The notes under the pieces were generated by a model. That model was not told the DNA's origin, ran no database searches, and was given only the letters and a program-made list of their open reading frames with translations. 64,000 nucleotides of DNA from positions 60,007-124,006 of the forward strand of contig JADJHE010000004.1 in the NCBI GenBank assembly GCA_016707685.1. Direction: 5' to 3'. Position 1 is the first letter of the stretch; each line of letters opens with the position of its first letter. This document shows positions 51,746 to 62,535 of the stretch, piece by piece. The stretch is from Bacteroidota bacterium. Its GTDB lineage: Bacteria; Bacteroidota; Bacteroidia; 2-12-FULL-35-15. The translations under genes and the position numbers were made by a program.

Positions 51746-52867
51746 TCAATAATTAATCACCTGCTCTACCATATTTTCGGGTAGTTCTCGGTATTCGTAC
51801 TTCTGTGTACGAAGCTGAGGTTCAAACCCCGCTTCACGAATGGCATCCTGAATGGTATTGGATGTAAAGCGATGAGGGGCACCTGCAGCAGAAACAACAT
51901 TTTCCTCTATCATTATACTGCCAAAATCGTTTGCTCCAGCATGTAAACACAATTGAGCAACCTCTTTACCTACTGTTAACCAACTCGCTTGAATATTAAT
52001 AACGTTTGGCAACATAATACGGCTCATCGCAATCATACGTATGTATTCATCACCAGAAACATTGTTTTTAATGCCTTTGATCCGTTTCAACAATGTTCCA
52101 TCATCCTGAAAAGGCCAAGGAATAAATGCTAAAAATCCATTTGCAGATGCTGGTTTTTCACTTTGTACTTCACGAATCCAAACCAAATGTTCGAAACGTT
52201 CTTCAATGGTTTCAATGTGACCAAACATCATGGTACCTGATGTAGTTATATCTAATTGATGTGCAGCTCGCATTACATCCAGCCATTCTCTACCAGTACA
52301 TTTTCCTTTTGAAATTAATCTACGAACACGGTCATTAATATTTAGCACCAGCACCTGTAAACTATCCATACCTGCATCTTTCAATGCTTTTAATACCTCA
52401 GTATGAGTAGACTTTTCAAGCTTAGTAATGTGGGCAATTTCTGGGGGTCCAAGTGCATGCAATTTTACATTGGGGTATAATTTTTTAAGTTCTTTAAACA
52501 AATCAACATAAAATTTTAGTCCTAAATCAGGATGATGACCACCTTGCAAAAGCAGTTGGTCGCCACCATATTTTAGTGTTTCTTCAATTTTTGTTTTATA
52601 GGTAGCAATATCGGTGATGTATGCCTCAGTGTGCCCTGGAATACGGTAAAAATTACAAAATTTACAGTTTGCAATGCAAACATTGGTGGTATTTACATTT
52701 CTATCAATTTGCCAAGTTACTTTTCCATCGGGTTTTTGAATCTTTCTTAATTCATTAGCAACAAACATTAAATCGGCTGTTGCTGCATTTTTAAAGAGAA
52801 ACACACCCTCTTCTTGACTTAAAAATTCAAAATTTAATGCGCGTTTTAATAGGGAATCTATGTTCAT
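51746..52867 (-). CDS. radical-SAM futalosine-pathway enzyme (MqnC cyclic dehypoxanthinyl futalosine synthase or MqnE aminofutalosine synthase)
   Basis: CIANCKFCNF radical-SAM cysteine triad and the CofH/MqnC-like TIM-barrel length (373 aa). Confidence 0.7.
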   Translation of the reverse strand: MNIDSLLKRALNFEFLSQEEGVFLFKNAATADLMFVANELRKIQKPDGKVTWQIDRNVNTTNVCIANCKFCNFYRIPGHTEAYITDIATYKTKIEETLKYGGDQLLLQGGHHPDLGLKFYVDLFKELKKLYPNVKLHALGPPEIAHITKLEKSTHTEVLKALKDAGMDSLQVLVLNINDRVRRLISKGKCTGREWLDVMRAAHQLDITTSGTMMFGHIETIEERFEHLVWIREVQSEKPASANGFLAFIPWPFQDDGTLLKRIKGIKNNVSGDEYIRMIAMSRIMLPNVINIQASWLTVGKEVAQLCLHAGANDFGSIMIEENVVSAAGAPHRFTSNTIQDAIREAGFEPQLRTQKYEYRELPENMVEQVINY

Positions 52868-52953
52868 TTTCGACCTGATAATCGGTTAATAAATAGTGCA
52901 AAACTTAGTAAATTCTTTTTCTACATTTACAGTTACCAAAATTACAAATAATA

Positions 52954-54387
52954 ATGACGTTAATAACTAAAAAGGCTACAATTAATAACAATGAACACAT
53001 TGTTTTGTTGTGCACTAAAAACTATAATTTTAACAATAATGGTTTTTCTAAATCTGAAATTGAGTTTATAAAAAACGAACTTTCTAAAAATGACAAAAAA
53101 CACATCTTTATCAATCAATACAATAGATGCGTGTTTATACAAATTATTGAAGATAAAAAAGAAAAACACCTTACCATTGATGGATTAAGAAGGGCAGCAA
53201 ACACAATTCACACAAACATTGTTGAATCCAAGCTTACGTCAATTAACATCGTTGATGCTGAAAACAAATCATCTGAAACGCTTGCTTTTGCAGAAGGTTT
53301 AGCCCTGAGCAATTATCAATTTTTGAAATACAAAAAAGATAAAAAGAAAGAGGAATATTCATTAAAGGCAATTGGAATACATTCAAAAAACTGTTCTCAA
53401 AATCAAATTGATGAACTTCAAATTATTGTAAATGCAACAAGCATTTCAAGAACATTGGTAAATGAACCTGTTAACTTTTTAAATGCAACACAACTTGCAA
53501 AAGAATTCCAAAAGCTTGGAAAAGAAGCTGATTTTGGCGTTGAAGTCTTCAATAAAGCAAAGATAAAAGCTTTAAAAATGGGTGGTTTGCTATCTGTGAA
53601 CTTAGGGAGTCAAGAACCACCAACATTTAGCATTATGGAGTATAAGCCTAAGAATGCTAAAAACAAACAGCCCATTGTTTTAGTTGGTAAAGGTGTTGTT
53701 TATGATACTGGAGGCTTAAGCTTAAAGCCAACACCAAATAGCATGGACATGATGAAATGTGATATGGCAGGAGCTGCAGCTGTTGGTGGAACAATGTATG
53801 CCATCGCAAAAGCAAAACTACCTGTTCATGTAATCGGAATTGTTCCTGCTACAGATAACCGTCCAGGCGAAAATGCCTATGTACCAGGGGATGTAATAAA
53901 CATGTACAACGGAATGACTGTTGAAATGCTAAATGCAGATGCGGAAGGAAGAATGATTTTAGCAGATGCATTAGCGTATGCGCAAAAATACAAACCACAA
54001 TTGGTAATCGACTTAGCAACATTAACTGGTGCTGCAGTTGCTGCAATTGGAACATCTGGAATTGTTGCAATGGGAACTGCAGATGAAAAAACAAAAAACA
54101 AATTAAAAGAGAGCGGTTACAATACATTCGAACGTATTGCTGAAATGCCATTTTGGGATGATTACGATGAGTTAATCAAATCAGATATTGCTGATATGAA
54201 AAATATTGGCGGCCCCTATGCCGGAAGTATTACTGCTGGTAAATTCTTACAGCGTTACATCAACTACCCTTGGATGCATTTAGACATTGCTGGTCCAGCT
54301 TTTTTAACAGCAAAAGATGCATACCGAACAAAAGGTGGCACAGGTGTTGGAGTACGTTTGTTGTTTGATTTTTTAAAGAACAATTAA
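52954..54387 (+). CDS. pepA: M17 leucyl aminopeptidase
   Basis: VLVGKGVVYDTGGLSLKP and NADAEGRMILADAL metal-binding motifs. Confidence 0.9.
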   Translation: MTLITKKATINNNEHIVLLCTKNYNFNNNGFSKSEIEFIKNELSKNDKKHIFINQYNRCVFIQIIEDKKEKHLTIDGLRRAANTIHTNIVESKLTSINIVDAENKSSETLAFAEGLALSNYQFLKYKKDKKKEEYSLKAIGIHSKNCSQNQIDELQIIVNATSISRTLVNEPVNFLNATQLAKEFQKLGKEADFGVEVFNKAKIKALKMGGLLSVNLGSQEPPTFSIMEYKPKNAKNKQPIVLVGKGVVYDTGGLSLKPTPNSMDMMKCDMAGAAAVGGTMYAIAKAKLPVHVIGIVPATDNRPGENAYVPGDVINMYNGMTVEMLNADAEGRMILADALAYAQKYKPQLVIDLATLTGAAVAAIGTSGIVAMGTADEKTKNKLKESGYNTFERIAEMPFWDDYDELIKSDIADMKNIGGPYAGSITAGKFLQRYINYPWMHLDIAGPAFLTAKDAYRTKGGTGVGVRLLFDFLKNN

Positions 54388-54392
54388 TCTGA

Positions 54393-55520
54393 ATGAATTT
54401 TTTGAACTACATTTTTTCTTTTTGTTTCATTCTTTGCTTTAGCGCTTTTGGCTTTAGTCAGAAAAAAGTAGCCGTACTTCTTGCCGAGTATGACGAAAAT
54501 GCTTCGTCAAACAATTTGCAACATCTTGTAAAATACAATTTCACGGATGGTGTAATGACAGGAAAAGGAAACCATCATCTCTTTACCAACAAAAAAGCTG
54601 GGACTACTGGCGACTATGTTCGTTTTGATATTGGGAAAAATGTGATTTATAAAAACAGATACGTAATAACTGGGATTGGAAATGTAATTGATATCAAAAC
54701 AAAAAAATTACTAGTTGCGGAAAGAGCTGAATTAATTGCATGCTCTGGCGATAGCATTATCTTTCATACAAATGATATATTTAAAGGGAAATACTATTCC
54801 GTTTTAAATATCAAAACTGAAAAATATCAAAAAATTGAAAATGCAAACTACAATCCAGTACAACGACCAGATGTAGAAGTAGATGAAACAACCAAACCGT
54901 ATACGATTACAGCCTATTACATCAATGGTAAAAAAGATGTTTTAGTAAAAGATGCTGGATATGGCCAGCCACAGCCTTTGTTAGGAGATGATGTAAAACG
55001 AAAATTTCAATTATTTTGGATTGACAAATCGTCTTTCCTTTATGCTAATTACACCAAAAACCAACAAGCTGTAAGTATCTACAAAGTATCCATCGACAAA
55101 ACAGTTGAGAAAATTGCAGATATAACTGAAATTCCAGCAACCTCACCAAATGACGTATTCGTGCTTTCTGCAAACAATGAAATTTATTATTCCTGCTCAA
55201 AAGGAAAATTTTTAATTGATTCTAAAAGAAACTGCAAAAAAGTTATGTTTGAAGCAATAGGAAATAATTTTTCAGTTGAAAGTGATGAAAATTCAAAATA
55301 TGGTAGATTAATCAAATTTGAAGCAACTGAATTGGGTAAAAAATGGTGCAAAGCCGACAATGCAAAATCAATTTCAGGATATACCGCATTGCAAAATGAT
55401 ATTGTAATAGGCACTGAACGTTATGCCCAAGGAGTTGTTGTATGGAATAATATAACTAAAAAATGGACGAGTATCGAAGCGTCCTCCTTAGAAGAAATAA
55501 TTGGTTGGGTGGAAGAATAA
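54393..55520 (+). CDS. hypothetical secreted protein (375 aa)
   Basis: Signal peptide FSFCFILCFSAFGFSQ. No recognisable domain. Confidence 0.55.
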   Translation: MNFLNYIFSFCFILCFSAFGFSQKKVAVLLAEYDENASSNNLQHLVKYNFTDGVMTGKGNHHLFTNKKAGTTGDYVRFDIGKNVIYKNRYVITGIGNVIDIKTKKLLVAERAELIACSGDSIIFHTNDIFKGKYYSVLNIKTEKYQKIENANYNPVQRPDVEVDETTKPYTITAYYINGKKDVLVKDAGYGQPQPLLGDDVKRKFQLFWIDKSSFLYANYTKNQQAVSIYKVSIDKTVEKIADITEIPATSPNDVFVLSANNEIYYSCSKGKFLIDSKRNCKKVMFEAIGNNFSVESDENSKYGRLIKFEATELGKKWCKADNAKSISGYTALQNDIVIGTERYAQGVVVWNNITKKWTSIEASSLEEIIGWVEE

Positions 55521-55577
55521 AAAATTAAATTACTTTTGTTCTGGCTTTTTGCCTTTTAATAACATCATATATAATTT

Positions 55578-56633
55578 ATGTCAGAAGAAAAAATAATCGT
55601 AGGAATTTCACAAGGTGATATTAATGGAATTGGATTAGAAGTAATTATTAAAACATTTCTAGAGCCGCAAATGCTTGAAATTTGTACGCCTGTTCTTTTT
55701 GGCTCTAACAAAACTGCATCTGCTCATCGAAAAGCATTAAATATTGACGATTTTAGCTTTAATCAAATAAAAGATTTTTCGGAACTAAATCACAAGCGCG
55801 CTAACCTATTATCTGTATACGAAGAAGATGTAACCATTGAACTCGGACAACAAACAGAGAATGGTGGCAAATATGCATTTAAATCGCTCGAAGCTGCTAC
55901 AAATGCTTTAGCTGAAGGGAAAATAGATGTATTGGTTACGGCACCAATCAACAAAGAAAACATACAATCTGCTGAATTTAAATTTCCCGGTCATACTGAA
56001 TATTTGGATGAAAAATTTGGAAAAGGAAATAGTTTAATGTTTTTGGTAAGTGATGATTTACGAGTTGCGGTAGTTACAGGGCATATTCCAGTAACACGTG
56101 TTGCACAAGAATTATCAAGCGAAAAAATTCTTAAAAAAATTCAACTTTTAAATAAATCATTAACACAAGATTTTGCTATTCGTAAACCTAAAATTGCTGT
56201 ATTGGGATTAAATCCGCATGCTGGCGACAATGGCGTAATTGGAGACGAAGAAAAAAATATTATTATCCCTGCTATTGAAAAAGCGAAAGCAGAAGGAATA
56301 GTTGCTTACGGACCTTACCCTGCCGATGGCTTTTTTGGAAATGGTGCTTACAAAAATTTTGATGCTGTTCTTGCAATGTATCACGACCAAGGATTAATTC
56401 CATTTAAAACAATAGCTTTCAATAAAGGAGTTAATTATACTGCTGGCTTACCAATAGTGCGTACATCACCTGACCATGGCACTGCATACGATATAGCCGG
56501 AAAAGGAATTGCATCCGAAGAATCATTCAGAAGAGCTATCTATACTGCAATTGACATTTACAGAACACGTAAAAATCATGCAGAAATCACTTCAAATCCC
56601 TTGAAGATTAATCCAATTAAAAGAGAGCGATAA
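55578..56633 (+). CDS. pdxA: 4-hydroxythreonine-4-phosphate dehydrogenase
   Basis: GISQGDINGIGLEV N-terminus and the HTEYL / GHIPV metal-binding histidine motifs. Confidence 0.9.
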   Translation: MSEEKIIVGISQGDINGIGLEVIIKTFLEPQMLEICTPVLFGSNKTASAHRKALNIDDFSFNQIKDFSELNHKRANLLSVYEEDVTIELGQQTENGGKYAFKSLEAATNALAEGKIDVLVTAPINKENIQSAEFKFPGHTEYLDEKFGKGNSLMFLVSDDLRVAVVTGHIPVTRVAQELSSEKILKKIQLLNKSLTQDFAIRKPKIAVLGLNPHAGDNGVIGDEEKNIIIPAIEKAKAEGIVAYGPYPADGFFGNGAYKNFDAVLAMYHDQGLIPFKTIAFNKGVNYTAGLPIVRTSPDHGTAYDIAGKGIASEESFRRAIYTAIDIYRTRKNHAEITSNPLKINPIKRER

Positions 56634-56641
56634 GTTTTCGA

Positions 56642-58348
56642 TTATTCTATTTTGATATCCTTCACATTCAACTGTAAGGTTGTATTTCCATTGAATGTAT
56701 TTTCATCAATTGCGTAACAAGCACTAAATATTTGCTTTCGTAATAAGGCATCAAAATGCTCTGCTTGTCCAAATGCAATTGCAGGATAACTCTCGCGAGG
56801 ATTTAATGCAGATTGAATATCTAGTTTCAAATGGTTCGTTCCTACGATTCGAATGTAACCCTTATCAACTAAATGTTTGGTGATGAATACAGGCGACATG
56901 TTACCTGGACCAAATGGAGAAAATTGTTTTAAAATTCGATAAAATTTAGAGGTAATTTGACTTAGCTCTAATTCCGCATCAATTTCAATTTCTGGAACAA
57001 GCATGTGTTCTTCGATTGTTGCGCTTACAATTTCTTCAAATCGTTTTTGAAATGCGTCTACATTTTCAACTTTCAAAGTAAGGCCTGCCGCATACTTATG
57101 GCCACCAAATTGCTCTAATAAATCAGAACAAGCTTCAATAGCATCGTATACATCAAAATCTTTCACACTACGCGCAGAACCAGTTGCTTTACCATTCGAT
57201 TCAGTTAAAATAATTGTAGGGCGATAATATTTTTCAGTTAAACGCGAAGCTACAATACCAACAACACCTTTGTGCCAATCGGGGTGAAACAAAACAGTAG
57301 ATTTACGGTTAATCATTTCTACATTACCATCAATCATGCTTAATGCATGTTGTGTAATAGTAACATCAATCGTTCTACGTTCTGTATTTGTAATATTAAT
57401 ATTTTGTCCGCTCTCTTTCGCATCGGCATGATTGTCTGAAACCAGTAATGCAACTGCACTTCTTCCTGACTCTAATCGACCAGCAGCATTGATTCTTGGC
57501 CCAACGGTAAATACCAATTCATTCATGGTAACTTCCTTTTTAACATTTGCCAAGTCCAAAATTGCTTTAATCCCTTTGCGTGGATTTTTATTTAACTGCT
57601 CTAAACCAAAATAGCATAACACTCTATTTTCACCAACAATTGGAACAAGGTCCGAAGCAATTGAAATGGCAGTTAAATCTAAAAATTGCTCCAATTCTTC
57701 GAATGGAATATTATTCTTCAAAGCATAAGCCTGAACCAATTTAAACCCAACACCACAGCCACACAACTCATCAAATGGATAATTACAATCTTCACGTTTG
57801 GGATCCAAAACAGCTACAGCATTTGGAATAGAATCACCAGGACGATGGTGGTCACAAATAATAAAATCAATACCTTTTTGTGAAGCGTATTCTACTTTGT
57901 CGATTGCTTTGATCCCACAATCGAGTGCTATTATCAATGAAAAATTTTGTTCACTAGCATAATCAATTCCTTGAAAAGAAATCCCATACCCTTCGGCATA
58001 ACGATCTGGAATATAATATTCTACTTGTTTGTGAAACTGGGCAATAAAGGAATAAACAAGAGCAACAGCAGTAGTTCCATCCACATCATAATCGCCATAC
58101 ACCAGTATTTTTTCTTGATTCTTTATTGCAGACTCTAGGCGAGCTATTGCCTTGTCCATGTCCTTCATTAAAAAAGGATCATGTAAATCTGATAATGATG
58201 GCCTAAAAAACTTTTTTGCTTCTTCAAATGTAGTTACTCCACGCTGCACTAATAAGTTAGCAAGTACTTTTTCAATCGACAGATTATTTGCCAATTGATT
58301 TACAACTTGTTCATCCCCTTCTGATTTTAGACTCCAGCGCTTTTCCAT
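56642..58348 (-). CDS. recJ: single-stranded-DNA-specific exonuclease RecJ
   Basis: DHH motifs (YGDYDVDGTTAVA, DHHRPG) and a DHHA1 domain. 568 aa. Confidence 0.95.
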   Translation of the reverse strand: MEKRWSLKSEGDEQVVNQLANNLSIEKVLANLLVQRGVTTFEEAKKFFRPSLSDLHDPFLMKDMDKAIARLESAIKNQEKILVYGDYDVDGTTAVALVYSFIAQFHKQVEYYIPDRYAEGYGISFQGIDYASEQNFSLIIALDCGIKAIDKVEYASQKGIDFIICDHHRPGDSIPNAVAVLDPKREDCNYPFDELCGCGVGFKLVQAYALKNNIPFEELEQFLDLTAISIASDLVPIVGENRVLCYFGLEQLNKNPRKGIKAILDLANVKKEVTMNELVFTVGPRINAAGRLESGRSAVALLVSDNHADAKESGQNINITNTERRTIDVTITQHALSMIDGNVEMINRKSTVLFHPDWHKGVVGIVASRLTEKYYRPTIILTESNGKATGSARSVKDFDVYDAIEACSDLLEQFGGHKYAAGLTLKVENVDAFQKRFEEIVSATIEEHMLVPEIEIDAELELSQITSKFYRILKQFSPFGPGNMSPVFITKHLVDKGYIRIVGTNHLKLDIQSALNPRESYPAIAFGQAEHFDALLRKQIFSACYAIDENTFNGNTTLQLNVKDIKIE

Positions 58349-58473
58349 ATCATTTTTTAGAGTTGTAAAATTAAACTAATTACAGTAAACTCGATTAGTT
58401 GTTAATAAGTAAAATACCCTTTTTTAGGTATTGCTATGTGCTTGTATTGTCCTGATTTTTGTTCTAGAAAGTT

Positions 58474-58638
58474 ATGGAAAATACATTTTTTAAATATCAA
58501 CAAATTACGGAACAAAATGCTTGTAGCATTTGGAGCTTTTATCCCGAAGTGATGGAGATGAAAAAAGATAAAAAAAAGAAATGTTGTAAAAACTACAAAA
58601 AAGAAAAACGCTGTAAAAAGTGCCCAATGCATTCATAA
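58474..58638 (+). CDS. unannotated 54-aa ORF: Lys-rich peptide with C-terminal CC-x9-C-x2-C cluster
   Basis: ATG 58474 ... TAA 58636-58638. MENTFFKYQQITEQNACSIWSFYPEVMEMKKDKKKKCCKNYKKEKRCKKCPMHS. An intrinsic terminator starts 1 nt after the stop. Below the 60-aa cutoff of the ORF track. Confidence 0.3.
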   Translation: MENTFFKYQQITEQNACSIWSFYPEVMEMKKDKKKKCCKNYKKEKRCKKCPMHS

Positions 58639-58668
58639 AAAAAGCTTCCAAATTGGAAGCTTTTTTAT
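58637..58668. terminator. bidirectional rho-independent terminator (agcttcc/ggaagct stem, A7 upstream, T6 downstream)
   Basis: Lies between the metF stop (58669, minus strand) and the small plus-strand ORF. Confidence 0.7.
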
Positions 58669-59622
58669 TTAGAAAACCTGACTAGCAACTCTTCGCGTAG
58701 TTTCGGAAGTACCCATTGTATAATAATGTAAACATGGGACTTTTGCTTTTACCAACTCTTTCGATTGTTGAATACACCATTCAATTCCAACTTCTTTCAC
58801 CTCAGCATCTGTCTTACACTTCTCAATTTGCTCTAATAAAGGTTGAGGAATATCAATTTTAAATATTTTTGGAAGAATGGTAGCTTGTTTTTTAGTTGTT
58901 AATATTTTCAATCCTGGTATAATAGGAACATTAATTCCCATCTCCTGACATTTTTTTACATAATCAAAATATTGTGCATTATCAAAAAACATCTGTGTAA
59001 CAATGTACTCCGAACCAGCTTCTATTTTTGATTTCAAGTGTTTCATATCCGAAATCATATTCGGTGCTTCAAAATGCTTTTCAGGATAACCTGCTACACC
59101 AATACAAAAATTAGTTGGTGCAACATCTGCCAAATCTTGCTCCATGTATTTTCCATTGTTCATTTGCTTGATTTGTTTAACTAAATCAATTGCATAAGCA
59201 TGACCATTAGGCTCTGGAACAAATTCGGGTTCACTTTTAATAGAATCACCTCTTAAAGCCAAAACATTGTCGATACCTAAAAAGTGTAAATCAATTAATG
59301 CATTTTCGGTTTCTTCTTTACTGAAACCGCCACAAATAATATGAGGCACAGCGTCCACATGGTATTTATTCATAATTGCAGCACAAATACCAACGGTACC
59401 TGGACGTTTACGGATGCTTACTTTCTCCAAATAGCCACCATCACGCTTTTTGTACAAATATTCTTCACGATGATAGGTAACATCAACGAAAGACGGCTTA
59501 AATTCCATCAATGGATCAATTCCATCAAAAATAGATTGGATACTTTTTCCTTTTAAAGGCGGTAAAATTTCAATTGAAAACAGGGTTGATTTCGCTTGTT
59601 TAATGTGTTCGGTAACTTTCAT
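58669..59622 (-). CDS. metF: 5,10-methylenetetrahydrofolate reductase
   Basis: FSIEILPP N-terminal motif and TIM-barrel FAD-binding residues. 317 aa. Confidence 0.9.
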   Translation of the reverse strand: MKVTEHIKQAKSTLFSIEILPPLKGKSIQSIFDGIDPLMEFKPSFVDVTYHREEYLYKKRDGGYLEKVSIRKRPGTVGICAAIMNKYHVDAVPHIICGGFSKEETENALIDLHFLGIDNVLALRGDSIKSEPEFVPEPNGHAYAIDLVKQIKQMNNGKYMEQDLADVAPTNFCIGVAGYPEKHFEAPNMISDMKHLKSKIEAGSEYIVTQMFFDNAQYFDYVKKCQEMGINVPIIPGLKILTTKKQATILPKIFKIDIPQPLLEQIEKCKTDAEVKEVGIEWCIQQSKELVKAKVPCLHYYTMGTSETTRRVASQVF

Positions 59623-59785
59623 AAATTTTAAACTTACAGGTTTAAATTGTTAAAATAAGGCTGCAAAGTAACAGCTTGTTGAACTAAAAACCAAATTATA
59701 TTGCATTAAGTAGGTCTAAATCAACTGTAATTCGTAGTATTTTAGTAAATTCGCAATCCAATTAAAATTGAAGATTTACGTAGCA

Positions 59786-61576
59786 ATGGAACAAATTAGA
59801 AATTTTTGCATTATAGCCCATATCGATCATGGTAAAAGCACCTTAGCCGATCGTTTATTGGAATATACAAACACGATTAGTAAGCGAGAAATGCAAGCAC
59901 AAGTGCTTGATGATATGGATTTGGAGAAAGAGCGTGGTATTACGATTAAAAGTCATGCTATTCAAATGGATTACGAATTTGAAGGTAAAAAATATGTTTT
60001 AAACCTAATTGACACTCCAGGTCACGTAGATTTTTCTTATGAAGTATCTCGTTCTATTGCAGCATGCGAAGGAGCATTGCTAATTGTAGATGCAGCACAA
60101 GGCATTCAAGCACAAACCATCAGTAACTTATACCTTGCTTTAGAAAATGATTTAACAATCATTCCAATTTTAAATAAAATAGATTTACCTAGCGCAGAGC
60201 CAGAACTTGTAAAAGATCAGATTGTAGATTTATTAGGGTGTGAACGCGATGAAATTTTATCCGCATCAGGAAAAACAGGAATGGGTGTGCATGATATTTT
60301 AGCAGCAATTGTTAAACGCATTCCAGCTCCAAAAGGAGACCCTGCAGCACCATTACAAGCATTAATTTTCGATTCAGTATTCAATTCTTTCCGTGGTATT
60401 ATTGCTTATTTCCGAATTTACAACGGAACACTGCGCAAAGGTGACAAAGTAAAATTTGTAAATACAGGGATGGAATACGGTGCCGATGAAATTGGTGTAT
60501 TACGTTTAAAACAAGAACCACGCGATGTTGTTAAAACTGGTGATGTGGGTTATATTATTTCTGGTATCAAAGAAGCGCGTGAAGTAAAAGTGGGTGATAC
60601 CATTACAACAGCTAGCAACCCTTGTACTGAAGCCATACAAGGATTTGAAGATGTAAAACCAATGGTCTTTGCTGGTATTTATCCTGTAGATACGGATGAT
60701 TTTGAAGAATTGCGTTATTCGATGGAAAAATTGCAATTGAATGATGCATCGTTAACGTGGGAGCCTGAATCATCGGCAGCTTTGGGATTTGGATTCCGTT
60801 GTGGATTCTTAGGAATGTTGCACATGGAAATTATTCAAGAACGTTTGGAGCGTGAATTTAACATGACTGTTATTACAACGGTTCCTAACGTATCCTACAT
60901 TGCATATCAAACCGATGGAACAAATGTGGTAGTAAACAATCCAAGTGATTTGCCCGATCCTGCACGTATCGATTATATTGAAGAACCTTATATTAAAGCG
61001 AACATCATTACTAAATCTGAATTTATTGGTCCGGTTATGAGTTTGTGTATTGAAAAACGCGGACAAATTGTAAATCAAAATTATTTAACGGCTGACCGTG
61101 TTGAGTTAATTTTTGAAATGCCATTGGGTGAAGTTGTATTCGACTTTTTTGATCGCCTAAAATCTATCTCAAAAGGATATGCATCGTTTGATTATCATCC
61201 AATTGGAATGAAACAAAGTGATTTGGTGAAATTGGATATTCTATTAAATGCCGAACAAGTAGATGCGCTTTCTGCTTTAATTCATAGAAGCAACGCATTT
61301 GAGTTTGGTAAAAAGATTTGTGAAAAATTAAAAGAGTTGATTCCTCGTCAGCAATTTGAGATTCCTATTCAAGCAGCTATTGGAGCAAAAATCATTGCTC
61401 GCGAAACGATTAAAGCAATTCGTAAGGATGTTACTGCAAAATGTTATGGTGGTGATATTTCCCGTAAACGTAAATTGTTGGAAAAACAAAAAGAAGGGAA
61501 GAAACGTATGCGTCAAGTAGGTAGCGTTGAAATTCCACAAAGCGCATTTATGGCAGTATTGAAATTAAATGATTAA
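59786..61576 (+). CDS. lepA: elongation factor 4 (LepA)
   Basis: [23 protein letters not shown]1 motif, DTPGHVDF, and the LepA-specific C-terminal domain. The ATG at 59786 is preferred over the upstream TTG at 59768. Confidence 0.97.
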   Translation: MEQIRNFCIIAHIDHGKSTLADRLLEYTNTISKREMQAQVLDDMDLEKERGITIKSHAIQMDYEFEGKKYVLNLIDTPGHVDFSYEVSRSIAACEGALLIVDAAQGIQAQTISNLYLALENDLTIIPILNKIDLPSAEPELVKDQIVDLLGCERDEILSASGKTGMGVHDILAAIVKRIPAPKGDPAAPLQALIFDSVFNSFRGIIAYFRIYNGTLRKGDKVKFVNTGMEYGADEIGVLRLKQEPRDVVKTGDVGYIISGIKEAREVKVGDTITTASNPCTEAIQGFEDVKPMVFAGIYPVDTDDFEELRYSMEKLQLNDASLTWEPESSAALGFGFRCGFLGMLHMEIIQERLEREFNMTVITTVPNVSYIAYQTDGTNVVVNNPSDLPDPARIDYIEEPYIKANIITKSEFIGPVMSLCIEKRGQIVNQNYLTADRVELIFEMPLGEVVFDFFDRLKSISKGYASFDYHPIGMKQSDLVKLDILLNAEQVDALSALIHRSNAFEFGKKICEKLKELIPRQQFEIPIQAAIGAKIIARETIKAIRKDVTAKCYGGDISRKRKLLEKQKEGKKRMRQVGSVEIPQSAFMAVLKLND

Positions 61577-61577
61577 T

Positions 61578-61613
61578 AAAAATCCCTTTCAAAATTGAAA
61601 GGGATTTTTTGTT
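61578..61613. terminator. bidirectional rho-independent terminator (atccctttc/gaaagggat)
   Basis: 9-bp stem, 6-nt loop, T5 run. Convergent gene ends lie on both sides. Confidence 0.75.
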
Positions 61614-61616
61614 TAG

Positions 61617-62465
61617 AAATTGTAATCCTTATATGTTTTCGTAAACTCTTCGGGAGCTATCACTGGATTTACTTTTAAATCGAAATACTCATAGGTTTCA
61701 AACAATCCTCTATCATCAAATACTTTGTTATTTACAGGAAGCATGTGTTCCTTATCAACTAACAATAAAGTCATTTAGCGTAAGCATTAGGCACTTTATA
61801 ACCTGCCCTTCTTTAACATCAGTATAGCTACTTAACTTAGGATTGTTCTCTAAAACCATGTATTCACTTACACGTAATTTACGAGCAATCGTTGTTAAGT
61901 TTTCGCCTTTTTTTACTGTATATGGAATCCAGGCAAAATCAGGAAAGGTAATTGCTAATTTATAACAATCTCTACCATTGTGCTTTTCATCTGGCATTAC
62001 CGTAAAATATTTATTTAAATTATCTCCCGCTTTTTTGTAGCCATCTTTTAAAATGTCATACAAATATTGATAACCCATTTCATGAATGGTATGATGTTGG
62101 TCAGCTCTCATTAAAGAACCATAAGGATCTAAATTTAAATTGATATATGGAAATGAATTTGGATTTACCAATGCATTTCCATTGTTTTGTCCTTGTACCC
62201 ACAATACTTCAATTCCTTTAATATATAAATACAGTTTACGAGGAGAAATTTGCAATTTCACCTTCGACTCGGTATGCTGCATTTTTCCTTTGATACGCTC
62301 ATTGCATTGCAAATTGTAACGTACTGTTTTTACGTTATCCACTGCTGCAAATATTTTATCAATCAGTTCTCTATTGTTCAATCCTTTTTCATTGAAGGAG
62401 GTCAATGAAAAAATCACCACAAAAATTGCTAGATAAACTTTAGTATATTTTAAAATCAATTTCAT
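61617..62465 (-). CDS. LysM-domain exported protein, paralogue of 62536..63387, C-terminus frameshifted near 61755-61790
   Basis: Shares LDPYGSxMRxDQHHTI and the LysM core GENLTTIARKL with its neighbour. The adjacent frame continues LLLVDKEHMLPVNNKVFDDRGLFETYEYFDLKVN..., which is homologous to the neighbour's C-terminus, to a stop at 61617. Confidence 0.55.
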
Positions 62466-62535
62466 CCGTTTTTTATATAGGAATGCAAATTTACTTGCAT
62501 TTTTAAATAATTGTAAATTTTATTTTAATAATTCA

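Noticed and set aside
58402-58632. Minus-strand 76-aa Phe-rich ORF in the recJ-metF intergenic region
   Set aside because: It is the translation of A/T-rich spacer with extreme Phe content and no signal. The plus-strand Cys-rich small ORF with its own terminator is the more plausible coding feature there.
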